A DNA stretch of 64,000 nucleotides from Lama glama (lineage: Eukaryota), in NCBI GenBank assembly GCA_028534125.1, contig CM052816.1, forward strand, positions 80,168,001 to 80,232,000, in the 5' to 3' direction. Position numbers and translations under genes: made by a program. Below, piece after piece: positions 49,737-61,152 of the stretch. The notes beneath the pieces were generated by a model, which made no database searches, had not been told where the DNA came from, and worked only from the letters and a program-made list of their open reading frames with translations. Position 1 is the first letter of the stretch. Each line of letters opens with the position of its first letter.

Positions 49737-52230
49737 CTCAGATTGGCTCAAATCAAATTCTCTACTTCTTTCTCAGACTGACTATTAATTAATTTTTCGT
49801 CAACATCTGGAAAGACCCTACTTCCAAATAAAGTCACATTCACAGGTATAGGGGGTTAGGACCTCAACCTGTCTTTTTCTGAGACACAATTCAGGTGCAT
49901 TTATAACTGTATGGGATGCATTCTTCAGTATACACCCGGAGAGAGCCTTCGTCTCGGACTATGTGTCAATGAGAAGCAAATTCTCCACTTACGGTTTCAC
50001 CCACCTGATGGCTGGGACAATCTTCCGTAGGCTAGCTTCCAAATCTGGATATTTCAAACCTGTTTATTATGTTTGCCATAATTTTCTGGAAGAATGGCAT
50101 GTATCATAAAATTCAGAAACCCCAAATGAAACACCCTCATAGAGGGACCAAAGAAGAAGGCTGTGTCATAGAAATGAATGTCTGTGGAGGGTGAGTGTTG
50201 CCTCTGGATGGAGAACAGAGTGAGTCCTTAATTCTTGAAGATGTGGAGGGACACGAGATCTTAATGCTCTCCATAACTAGTTGTCCATTTCAGGATTTCC
50301 CAGTACTCACTCTGGAGGAGTTCCTCAGATCTCACATCTCTCCTGCTTTACTTTAATCCCACCTTTCTGAGTTTAGAGGTCTCAGAACAGACAGTGACTA
50401 CTCAGCCTGCTTGCCCTTAAATCCTCCCATCTGCGTCTGCCGGGTGGGACCTGGCCCAGGCAGCCTGGTCACCGAGCCTGGGCCCGGCTGGCTGCAGGCG
50501 CCCCAGCTGCAGAATGACTTCATTTACATTGCTATTCAGAAGCAAATGGCCCAGCTCAACGGAAAGTCTTTCATTTCTAACAGACAAGCCAGTATGTGGC
50601 ATTTTTCTTTTCCTTACTCTGCAGGGTAAAATGAACCTTGCAGATGTTCCTATAATATTAGGAGAATAAGATTCACAGATGAGCTGCCGAGAGTGGCTTG
50701 GCTTTGATACTGGGTTAGCCAGTTGCCATGTGGCCTGTGGTCAAGTCAGAGGGAGCAGCTGGGCATTGCATTTGAGAACTGACTTCATGGCTGTGGTCAG
50801 AAGGCCAGAAAGCCTGTTTGTGTAGCGTCTTCCCTCACAAACTGCAATGAATGTGCTTCTCCTGGATAACAAAGCCTGCAACGAAGGGGTGCAGATAAGA
50901 GCATCTCCTTGTCCTAGTAAAGTGGTGGGGGGCTCGGCTTTCTCTAATCCTGGTGGTGGTGATGGGGCAGTGGAAGTCACTGGGGGAAGCAGAAGGCAGG
51001 ACCCCTGACCTATCGGGACTCAACTAGGGGTGTCCAGATAAATAAATTCTACAGAATTGGTCCATGGTGACTTGGGAGTAGCCATCACCTCAGTAAGCAG
51101 AGACAAATGCATGCTGGAGCTGCTGATTTTGTGACAGACTAGTTTTACTAACACGGCCAAAGAAACTTTCAAACCAACCAATCAGCTCCCTCCTGCTTCC
51201 ACAGTGGTGAGGTCAGATCAACCCCAGGCCCCAGGCCCCACATGGACCAAAAGTTTACATTTGGTCCAATACCAAGAGTATACATGCGGAGAAAATTCCC
51301 AGGTTCAAAAATCAGAGTCTGTTTAAGAAAGAGTCCAGTTTGCAAATAACCGTTAGAACTCAACACAGAAAAATTCTCTTTTCATGGATGATACGGATGT
51401 GGGGGGTGTCACTCCCTTTGAGAGAATTAGCCGCCCTCTTCCCTTCCTCATTCCACGCTGATTTTCACCCTTGTTAAACTGTAGAGGGGGAGGGACCTTT
51501 TTCTGCCCTGTGAGGTTTGGCCTCCAGAGCCCTGGTAATTAAACTGACAAAAGACAAATTAACAGGAGAAGAAAAGGCATACACATTTTATTTGATGCTA
51601 ACATTTGTATGTGAATATGGAATATAATTGTATAAAAGAAATAAAGACTCTCAGAGGTGGTTAGGCCTGGAAATTTACAGACCATTTTTACCAAAAAGAG
51701 ATAAACTGCAGAGACGTGGCAGACAGGAAAAAGTTCAAGCTTCTAGAGGCAGTAAATTGTGGAAAAGTAAATACGTGGGGGAGACCACTGGAAGGTAAGG
51801 GTTGATTAGTAAGATTTGTGAGACAGTCTTCTCCTTGTGTCTCTGGACTGATAAGAGTCTAGGGTCATGTCTGGTGATGAATGGTGATTCACAGCCGCTC
51901 TGCTCTTCCCGGCACAAGGGAGGGGGTGGGGGACCCCTCCACAAAGCGAGATTCACGCCCTGTTTTTTGGCAGACAGTGGGAGGCAAGTAGAGAGCTTTT
52001 CTGTGTCTTATTAAAGAAATATCAGGGGCCTGGGGACGGTGGCGCCTGAGGAGGAAGCAGAAGGCCCGGGCCAGGCTGACCCCACAGGCTGCCCGGGCCA
52101 CCTCCTCGTGGGCACCCTCTGGCTGACCAGGGCCGTGCTCCCGAGGGCCCTCACTTTTGTGTTTGGCGTTCCTGGTGGCCCTCCCCCAGAACGAGCAGCT
52201 GATTGGAGGACTGCTGCCCTGCCTTGTACC

Positions 52231-52672
52231 TGTTACCGACCTGGGTTCATGGGCTACTTAATCAACAGAAATTGATAAAAGGCCAGATGAGAAGTTCAGA
52301 TAAAGCTTCCTTTCCTGGGACTCGTGCTGCAGCAGAGGGAGTGGAAACAAGTAACAGCTTCCCTTGCTCGCTCCCCAGGGAGGGGTGAACTGGTCCCTTA
52401 AACAGGGTGAGGGTAGGGGCAGGTCCAGGGGTCGGGCTGCTCACCCCTTTGGTGATGCTGGGTGCAGGGATCGTGTGCAGTACTTGTTTCTGCTCCTGAC
52501 ACCTAGGGTTTTGGGTCTTTTTGTATCTTGTTGTTCATAACTGGCCCCAACTGCGCATGCACACAGTTAGAGTTTCTGTGTATTCTCGTAGAGTTTCTGT
52601 GTATTCTGCTGCTCAGTCCTGGTGCAAGCACTGCAGCCCAGGGTCCCAGGTCCCAGGTCCCAGCCTGTCTCA
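52231..52672 (-). mobile_element. ERV1 solo LTR inside the retro-insert
   Basis: Termini tgttaccgac...cagcctgtctca; the minus strand starts TGAGACAGGCTGGGACCTGGGACC. It contains a tandem duplication of tagagtttctgtgtattct. The flanks tacc/tttc are a poor TSD. Confidence 0.75.
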
Positions 52673-53940
52673 TTTCTAACGAGTGTCCAGCAGCGCCACT
52701 TTCAGGGGCGGAGCAGCTGGGATGCTGGGAGCTACACCCCCACCGTCCTCTGGCTGCTGGACTGGTCCCACGTTGACTCCAAACCAGATGCCCTCTCGCT
52801 TCTCCGGCCAAACACTTCCTCTTTCACCCTGGTCTCTGGCTGCACCAATGTGGTTCTCAGGGTTGCTCCCTGGGTCCTTTTCAGGTCCCCGGTCAACATG
52901 GGCAGATCCGGTAAGAGGGAAGGATGGGGAACTCATAGTCCAGGCTTGGGGCCACTCAGGTCCTGGTGATGTTACCTGCAGAGCACACTGAGACCTCCTG
53001 GCAGAGGAGAGACTGAGTGAGCTTTCCTCTTATGTTAGTTCAGAAAGTATCACCCATTTCACTTAGACTGTGGTCGATGCTGCTAGTCACGTTTATCCCA
53101 AACCCAGGAGCCTTTCTTCTTTGGGAATAATGGCGATTCTGTGGGGAGAGTCATGGCCACACCTAAAGCCGTGGTGCCAGCCTCCTGAGCAGGGAGGGCT
53201 GGGGGATGGGGAGCGAGGTCGCTGGCTGGGCTGCTGGGAGCCCTCCAGTGCTGGGGCTTCATTCGGAGGCTTCTACTCCCACCTGCTTCTTCCTTGTTGG
53301 GGAGGAACCGATCCCAGGGGTCGCAGATCAGGTCAGCCCTGCTGGGAAGAACAGGCTCCAAGGCCAAGCAGATCAGAGGTGGTGTGGCTCCAGGAGGCGG
53401 CAAGATGATCAGAAAGGTCAGCCGGGAACATGGATGGGGCGTCAGTGCGGCACGTGGCTTGGGTTAGTCCTGGATGAAAGTCGAGGGGCCCTGAGCTGCT
53501 GTGCTGTGTTTGAGCCAAGAGAGGAGGGGGATGTACTCTTCATTCAAGTCCTGGGCCCAGCACTTGGCAAGAATCACCAACCAGGGGAAGCACAACGAAC
53601 TCTGTGAGAACAGGCGAAGCCTTGAGAGAAAGTTCTGGGGTCGGGGTCGGTGTGCCTGTAGACACGTAGGGTTCCGTGTGGACATGGAAGGGGTGATGTC
53701 TGCACAGACAAGCAGGAGGTTAAGCACCTCTGGGGATCCTGATGTGACATCTGGGAGGAAATCTTCATTTGGTGGCCTGATAGTCTGGGGTGCTGGCCCA
53801 GGTCGAGGGACTGGCAAGGTCCTGGGTCACGACAGCTAGTGGATTTTAACCCAGACGCCTGACTCCTTCAGTGCCACTTGCTGGTTTATTTAGAGCAGTC
53901 TCAGGACTGTGCCAATGAGCTGGGACCCAGCTCCTGTCAT

Positions 53941-53972
53941 CTGGGTCCTGGGTCCTGGGTCCTGGGTCCTGG
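53941..53972. repeat. (CTGGGTC)x4.5 tandem repeat
   Basis: ctgggtcctgggtcctgggtcctgggtcctgg. Confidence 0.9.
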
Positions 53973-55589
53973 TGCTGAGCAAGTGTGAGTGATGCTCAGT
54001 GTGCGAGCAGAAGGCACCTCCCCCAAATCCAGTCTACAAGAAAGAAGACCGGACTGTCAGTCACCCCGACTCCCTGCCCTGACCGCCCTCCCTGCTCCCC
54101 AGGGACCTCGTGTGGACGTTACTGTTGACCAGCAAACACCCGGGTGGTCAGAGCTGGAACTGAAGCAGGGACTCTGGGAAACTTCAGCACCGTTGGTGTT
54201 GTGGTGTGAGCTGGGTATATCAGAATACAGTACAGTGCGGATGCACCATGCGTTCAGTTCCATATGGAAACTGGGCTGGGTTCCTGGAGAAAGGATATTT
54301 ACATTTGATTTATGGTATTTTCTTTTCTAAGGCCCAGGTGGTGAGGGTGGAAATAGGGGTTGGCGCCCAGTGGGTGGAGTGTGACTCGTGCCCAGTGGGC
54401 AGATGCGAGGTGAGTGATGCTGCCTTCACTCCTGTCTGGTCCTGCCCACCTGGGATTCACGGGCTGCTGCCACCTGGGGCGTCTGACCTCCATGGTGGCC
54501 ACAGGCGGCCACTGCCCCCCTTCAGTCTCTCTGCTCAGTGGGTGTTCACTAGCACAAGAGGACTCTGGGTGGGTTTTTCTTGCCATCTAAGAGGCTGCTG
54601 TTTCTTGGGACATGTGATTTTAACCCATGCCAGAGGAGGGAGAATGGTAGGTATGTTTCTCCCACTTGAACAACTGGAGTTACAGAGAATGGGAGGACAG
54701 TGCCCAAGCCAGCATCCTGCACAGAGGACACTGCCAATCTGTAACCCGTGGCTAGGTAGGGCAAGCTCTCCCGGGCCTAGCAACCAGGAAAATCGTATCC
54801 AGTCAGCTTTACTTTAAACAGTATTTCCTAGCCATGCACAGAATCTGCTGCTCAGGAAAGATGTTTGAAAACGAGCCTAACTAAACGTGGCCCAAAATAA
54901 GAGTCTTGTACTTTTTCACTGGGAAAGAAGTTCTGCTCCCCTCCACTTGGGTGTGTTAAAAGATGGGATTGGAATTAATTTAACTCATTAAATCAAAATA
55001 AAATAGAACTCTGTCTTCTCAGGAAAAAAGGAGAAATATCAGAACTAGATAGTAAAGTGGTAGAAACAGGTTTTATGCAGGACTACCGCAGCAGGGAAAA
55101 GGAGAACTCAGCATAGAACTGGGCTCAGTTCCAAGCACAGCAGCGTGGGCAAGAGGGGGGTTGTAGCCAAGGAGCAGGGCGGGGGACAGGGGAGGGAAAT
55201 TACAGGAGGAAGCATCAAGGGTGGGGGGGATTCTTGCTAAACCAACCTAATGGGATTCTTGCCGAAGGCAGGCCAGAGTGATCAGACATCACCCGGACAG
55301 TGATGGAGGATGAGGAACCTGATATCAAGGGTGATTGGATATGGAAGGTGGGGATTCTAGCTAAACTGACTTAGCAGGATTGCTGATTAGACAATGAAGA
55401 GACGAACATGCAAGTACAAAAGTTGAGGTCTAGTCAAGCAGAGGGTCAGAGGAGTCTAACTAAAGTTTGCTCAAGGAGAGACTCTTTGTCAGTCTGCTGT
55501 TTCTCAATTGCTTTCAGCTCATTATTTATCTCATAAGTGACTAACACGCCCAATTCTGTGCATGAAATCCATCATCAGGTTCCCATGGA

Positions 55590-55730
55590 GACCAGCCTTT
55601 CCATGGGCTGCTCCCAGCAATGACCCAGTGTGGCAGGGACAGCAGACAGGCCCGTTCCTGGGATGGGTGCCTTTGGTTCGAGAACTCCCCATCGGCCTTG
55701 CCAAACTTCCCTGAAAGTACTGCAGTCCCA
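55590..55730. mobile_element. LTR16-like ERVL LTR fragment
   Basis: Motif gtggcagggac...caggcccgttcctggga...ctttggttcgagaactccccatcggccttgccaaactt. Confidence 0.6.
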
Positions 55731-57433
55731 AACCAGGGAACTTGATTGGAAAGTGACTTTGCAAGGTTTAGGAAAAGCACTTGGTGAAATTTGTGGAAAG
55801 TCATCCTTTTTTGGATCGTTTTGTGAAAACATGAAATGACGGCTGTTGTATTAGGCTGCTGTTTTCAGAAAAACACACCAAAGATTAAAAACTCCAACCT
55901 TAATAATCATTTGTTCACTGAAAGGATAACACATGGTCAATAATACAAATTAAATTTAGTTAAACAGGATACAGTATCTTTATACTTTTATATTACATTT
56001 TCAAGATAAAATCTTAAGCAAATTTATTTATTTGTTTATTTATTTATTATCACCATAATGTGGTCTCAGCTTTAAGTGGGTTTGTTTTGTGTGGCATTTT
56101 CCCAGGATGATTGGCTAATGAATGGTTTAAATCTTTGGCTCTAAACATTCGCTGTTTTTAAGTTGTGAAGAGAAGCGGGTTTCATCAGTCACTTGCACCG
56201 TAGGCTGTGACAATAAGCCCGGGGACTGTGGGAGAGACGGTGCGAGGGATGGAAGGTCTGGAAGGTGGGTCCTCCGACTCCACTGTGCGTGATGAGCAGA
56301 AGGAGCAGGGCTGGTGTCCCGCGGCTCCAGGGGAGAAGCTCTTGCTTCCCTGGTCACAGCCTGGGCAAGGAGCAGCAGAAGATACAGACAGAGGCTAACT
56401 GGGAAGAGGGGCTCACAACTTTTTTTGGCTTTGGGGTCCCCAGTCCCCAGAACAAGAGACACTCCATAAGTCCTGCTCACTGAACCGGTTGAAGGGACGG
56501 ACTCTGCAGGAAGCAGGGATTGCCGTCGGGGCCCACCTACAGGTGAGAGGTGGAGGCGGTGAGAGGGGAGGCCGAAATGCACGTGGATCGACAGTTGATG
56601 GTATTTAGGCTGAGGGGGCGGAGCCTGAAGGCACTGATGCAGGAAAGAGACCTGCGCAAGTTTAGAATTCAGATCCATAGATCCCTCTGGAACCCTACAA
56701 GGTTGTAGCAGCCAGCTGGGTCAGACTAGGGGCGGGAAACAGCAATGAGAGGCCACGGTCCCAGTCATGGCAATGGATCAGGCAAGAGCTTTTTCCTTCA
56801 GGCGGCTACCACCATTTATTGAGCATTTACTATGTGCCAGGCACTCGTAGATCAAATTTCCTCGACCATGGATTCTTTTGAGTTAGAAGTCGCCCTCTCC
56901 TTTCCTCTTTAAAAATGTAACCATCCTGGGAAGGTCCATGCCTCAGTGCCTGGGTTATCAGCTAACACCATGGGCCCCTCCTCTTAGATAGAGGAAGGGA
57001 CTGTGTGGAAACACCAGACCTTTGTGGGGAGAGGAAAGAAGAGGGTGGACTGATGGCCAAAGTAGATGTGGAGAAGCATGTGGCTTGTTGGCTCTATACA
57101 GTTGTTCAAGGCAGGCCCCACAAAGCCAGACAGTGATGTCATTTAAATGAGGAAATATTTGCACGAGAGGCCTCTGCGGCCAAGCTGGTATAAATAGTAA
57201 CATTGTATAGGCTGATTGCGTCTTCAGAAGGGTATCACTTAAGGACGTGACTAACCCTCCCGTCAGCCACTGAGGAGGTGGCCACTCCCATCATGTAATA
57301 ATAGCTCTCAGAGGCCCTGGGCAGACAGAGGACAGCGCCCGGGGCTGTGGTGGTTGTGGTGGACTTGGTACATGTTGGAGGCAGGGATGCTGGGGCCTGA
57401 GGTGTGGTCCAGGATCCTCGTGGGCCATAGCTG

Positions 57434-57790
57434 TGATCATGAGCTGAACTGTGTTCCCCCCAAATTCACATGTTGACGCGCTAACCCCTAGTAACTCAGA
57501 ATGTGACTGGATTTGGAGAAAGAGCCTTTAAAGAGGTTATTAAATTAAAATTAGGCCTTTAGTGTGGGCCCTAATCCAGTCGGACTCGTGTCCTTGTAAG
57601 ACGAGGACATTTGGACGCATACAGATGACCATGTGAGGACACGTCAAGAAGGCGGCCGTCTGCAAGCCGAGGAGAGAGGCCTCAGGAGTAAGCAACCTGC
57701 GGGCACCTCCATCTCAGACTTCCAGCCCCCAGGGTTGTGAGAAGACAAATTTCTGCTGTTGTAGCTGCCCAGCCTGTGGAACCCTGTGGC
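57434..57790 (+). mobile_element. MaLR solo LTR (MLT1B-like)
   Basis: Motif gctgaactgtgttccccccaaattcacatgttga...cagaatgtgactggatttggaga...gtctgcaagccgaggagagaggcctcag. Confidence 0.88.
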
Positions 57791-59100
57791 GGCTCAGGGT
57801 ACCTCTTACCATACGGCTGCTAAGAGGTGGGGAACCGCCTGGCATCTCCAGCGTCCCCTCTGCTCTCCTGCACCTGGTTCATGCCTCCCCCATAACTCTT
57901 CATGTGGCCCCAAGTCTTTGTTCTCCTGATGGCCTCCTCCTCTTGAGTGAGTCCCGGGACAGGAGGGACTATGTTTCCATCAACGTGTATTGTCAATGCC
58001 TGGAACTTTGATTCCATTGTGAAGGTTTGGGGGAGGCATCATGGGGACCTTTGTGGCTGTCATGCTGAAGATATGATCGTTTATTCATTTGTTCATTATT
58101 CAAAGTGTATTTATGGAAAGCCTACTTTATGATAATAATTATTTGTTCATTTAAAGGATAACACACAATAGCTATTGTAACCTAAATTATAGCTACAGGC
58201 TAGATTTTAGGGAAGCAAAATACATAGCGTGGAATTCCCAACCTGAATAAACGTGTGAGTTCAGGACAGTAAATATGCTGCAATACAATATGACAATGCT
58301 GGATAGAACGAACTGCTGTGACCAGTAGGCGAGGAGAGTAAATTGTGCCATCTTCTACCCATAAGAGTGGGAAAGGCTCCTGTGTGTGCCTTAAGGGCCC
58401 TCTCTCAGATGTACTGGTCGAAATAGACAGGGCAGTTGCCTGTGTCTTATGCAGAATGGCAGACTGCTTGTTAAGATGTTTGTTATTCCAACAGTGGGCT
58501 TTGGAAATCTACTTTCTGCCACTTACTGCACTGTCTTAAGGCTTTGAACTGGACCAGCTGCTGGAGGTAGGGGAAGAACTCAGAGCTCACTTTCCGGTGA
58601 CATTTCCATCTCCTCTGTGCTCTGGTATGCACCGAGAGCCTGCCAAACCTCTCTCCAGCCCATCATTTGTCTGACTTCAGCTCCTGCCTGGGGTGAAGGC
58701 TATCATATTCTGATGAGAATGACATTTCTCTGAGCCCCCGAGGGCAGGGAGCTTGGACGTGTACTGAGTAGCTGCTCAATGAGCCATGGAAACAAGGTAC
58801 AGACTTTGGCAGGAACTCTAGAAGTGGTTAAACGGGTGTCCACCTCACTCCCTGCCTCTCTCTCTCTCAATCCCACCCCTCTGCTCTACTCACACCCTCC
58901 ACCCCAAATCAGCAACTTGCAGTTGATGGTTACAGAATCAGAATTCAAGAAGAGCTCATGCTCTTTGCGGGACTTCAGAGAAGATGGGCAAAGGTGAAGG
59001 TGTGGGGGAATCACATCTGATGTAAAAAGAAGCCTTATATGGGATCCACAGAGGGGAAATAAATATGATGGGGAAATATATTTCATGTTTTTAGATTTAT

Positions 59101-59765
59101 TTTTAATTAAAGTGTAATTGATTTACAATGTTGCGTTAGTTTCTGGTTTATAGCATAGTGATTTAGTTATTCATGTGTATATATTCTTTTTTTTAAATTG
59201 AAGTATAGTCTGTTTACAGTGTGGTATCTCTTTCTGGTGTACAGCATTATGCTTCAGTCATATAGGAGCATACATATATTCATTTTCATATTATTTTCCA
59301 CTGTAGGTTACTACAAGGTATTGAATACAGTTCCCTGTGCTATACAGTATAAACTTGCTTATCTATTTCATGTATATTAGTTAGTATATGCAAATCTAGA
59401 ATTCCCAATTTATCCCTTCCCACCCTCTTCCCTGCTCATAAACATAAGTTTGTTTTCTATGTCTGTGAGTCTATTTCTGTTTTGTAAATACGTTCGCTTG
59501 ACTTTTTTTTTTAGATTCCACACATAAGTGATATCATGTGGTATTTTTCTTTCTCTTTCTGGCTTACTTCACTTAGAATGTTATTATTACAAGTTATTGA
59601 ATGTAGTTCCCTGTGCTGTACAGTAGGATCTTGTTGTTTATCTATTTTATATATAGTAGTTTGTATCTGCTAATCCCAAACTCCTAGTTTATCCCTCCCC
59701 TCCTTTACCCCTCTGGTAGCCATAAGTGTGTTTCTATGTGAGTTTCTTTCTTTGTAAATAAATTA
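59101..59765 (-). mobile_element. L1 3' end (outer), split at ~59187/59581
   Basis: The L1 3' terminal motif at 59101-59186 continues at 59581 (ttattacaagttattgaatgtagttccctgtgc). Confidence 0.85.
59187..59580 (-). mobile_element. Younger L1 3' end nested in the outer L1
   Basis: Has its own T-tract and terminal motif attgaagtatagtc, and runs to cttacttcacttagaatg. Confidence 0.85.
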
Positions 59766-60599
59766 TGATGGGAAAATGAATCCTGCTGAAACTTCCCAGA
59801 GAACATTCCCCCTCTCTGATGCTGTTCTTTGTGCTGTAAGAGTGTCTGGAAACTCACAGACATGCTCTTGAGCAGACTGAGCCATCTGAGAGGATGAGCC
59901 AGGAGCAATCCTCTTTCTTCTAATCAAGGATGGTCCAGGTTGGAGCTCAGGCATCTGAGGAGCCACAGGAGGCGTGCCTCCTGCCCAGAAAAACAACTTA
60001 GGGCTTCATCCAAAGGCCAGTTACTGAAAGTATCCACTGGCAAGTTTATAATGGGAAGAAAAGTATCTACCTGGCTCTGAGAACCGTGGGTTCTAGGAAC
60101 TCGAGGTACCCCCTGGCTTACCTCACAGACAAGGATGCCTCATTACTGTTGAATAAAACTGGTCAGCATCGAGCATGTGCCTCAGGCTCCCAGCCCTCCT
60201 CACTGCTGTCAAGACAAGTTTCTTGGACCCAGAGGAACTTTCCCTAGTCATCAAAAAGAATCATTAAAGGATGGCTGCTAACCGATTTGGAAAGCACCTT
60301 TATAAATATTCTAGAATTGTTGAAACGCCTGTCTTCCTGGAGAATGGATTATGGGAAAGAGGATTATAGGGAAGATCTGTTGATTGGCAAAAGTAAATTG
60401 GGAATGAGTGGCTTAGGAGAGAGCTGCACATCTTTGTCCTCACAGCCTGTAGCATGGAGATGGATGTCCCTTTGCGTCACCTGTCCCCAGGCAAACCATT
60501 TCCTGAAGAAGGCCAGCCACACCTAAAACTCTTACTGTTAGTGTTCATTGTCAGCTTTCTCCTTGCTTGACTCAGTTTCACACAGTCATCCTTAGTGAC

Positions 60600-61031
60600 T
60601 GTTCTAGGTTGTCCAGAGAAACAGAACCAAGATGTCGGGGTGGAGGGGGGTGGAGAGAGAGAGGCAGAGACAGAGAGACATTCATTTAAGGAATTGGTTC
60701 ATGCAATTACGAAAACTGACATGTCCAAAATCTGTACAGTAGGCTGGCAGGCTAGAGAGCCAGGGAAAAGTCAGTGTGATTCAAGTCCAAAGACCTTCTG
60801 TTGGTAGAATTCCTTCCTGCTCAGGGGAGGTCAGTCTTTGTTCTTTTAAGCCCTTCAACTGATTGGATGAGGCCCACCCACATTATAGAGAGTAATGTGC
60901 TTTATTCAAAGTCCACTGAGTTAAATGTTAATCTGCTTTTAAAAACACATTCACAGATCTATCCAGAATAATGTTTGGCCAAATATCAAGGCACTGTAGC
61001 ACAGACAAATTGACACGTAAAATTAGCCATC
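60600..61031 (-). mobile_element. MLT2 (ERVL) solo LTR
   Basis: Motifs ccagagaaacagaaccaa, cttcaactgattggatgaggcccacccacattat and ttgacacgtaaaattagccatc. Confidence 0.88.
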
Positions 61032-61152
61032 CATGTGGTCCACGACCTTCAGCATTGTAGTAGACGATTCCTACAGTTCCTTTCAACCCCAAAGTCAGCG
61101 ATTTTGGGCTCTAAAGATTTCTATGTTACTTGGTCTACTTACCACTTGATAT

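Larger units (their letters stand above)
48311..49805 (+). mobile_element. ERV1 solo LTR 'A', interrupted twice
   Basis: Termini tgatgaaa...cgtcaaca; TSD tctc/tctg. Both ends are homologous to the LTR at 61153-61656. Confidence 0.8.
47923..49893 (-). mobile_element. MaLR LTR (MLT1C-like) split by ERV1 LTRs (47923-48310 and 49806-49893)
   Basis: aattatatct|...|ggaaagaccctacttccaaataaagtcacattc rejoins the MLT1 consensus. 5-bp TSD gatgc/ggtgc. Confidence 0.8.
46957..50070. mobile_element. Zaphod-like hAT-Tip100 DNA transposon in three pieces (about 46957-47104, 47550-47922, 49899-50070)
   Basis: taaggaaaagaatacaa, gacaaataccctaaacatcacaaatc and aattctccacttacggttt resemble the remembered Zaphod consensus. 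The pieces rejoin when the inserts are removed. Confidence 0.55.
52026..55031 (+). pseudogene. ~3 kb L1-mediated retro-insert of an unidentified polyadenylated transcript (3' UTR or lncRNA retrocopy, or orphan transduction)
   Basis: TSD AGAAATATCAG (52015-52025 / 55032-55042). AATAAA at 54997-55002 and a decayed A-tail at 55021-55031. The target is TT|AAAG, and the insert splits an LTR. Confidence 0.75.
52009..55491 (-). mobile_element. MER31-like ERV1 LTR, split (52009-52025 and 55032-55491)
   Basis: The reverse complement starts TGACAAAGAGTCTCTCCTTGAGCAAACTTTAG, the MER31 5' end. Perfect TSD GTCT (52005-52008 / 55492-55495). Confidence 0.82.
51480..55521 (-). mobile_element. MER34-group ERV1 LTR, split (51480-52008 and 55492-55521)
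   Basis: Starts tgtagagggg...aattaaactgacaaaagacaaattaacaggaga. The junction gagagcttttctgtgtct|gctgtttctcaattgctttcagctca restores the family sequence. Confidence 0.8.

Noticed and set aside
28600..50650. Isolated acceptor-like sites (…ttatttgcag at 28616; …ttactctgcag at ~50624)
   Set aside because: No convincing paired donor or recognisable reading frame. Such motifs are common by chance.
54206..54817. Longest real ORF (203 aa), inside the retro-insert
   Set aside because: It starts at GTG and has a Cys/Trp/Pro-rich composition typical of GC-rich non-coding DNA, with no recognisable domain.
52026..55031. Idea that the 3-kb insert is a NEAT1 short-isoform retrocopy
   Set aside because: The size and GC content are compatible, but I could not match any remembered NEAT1 sequence. 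The parent is left unassigned.
12158..59765. Repeated short L1 3'-end copies as a novel non-autonomous family
   Set aside because: Their 5' ends all differ (about 130 bp to 1.1 kb), as expected from ordinary 5' truncation.
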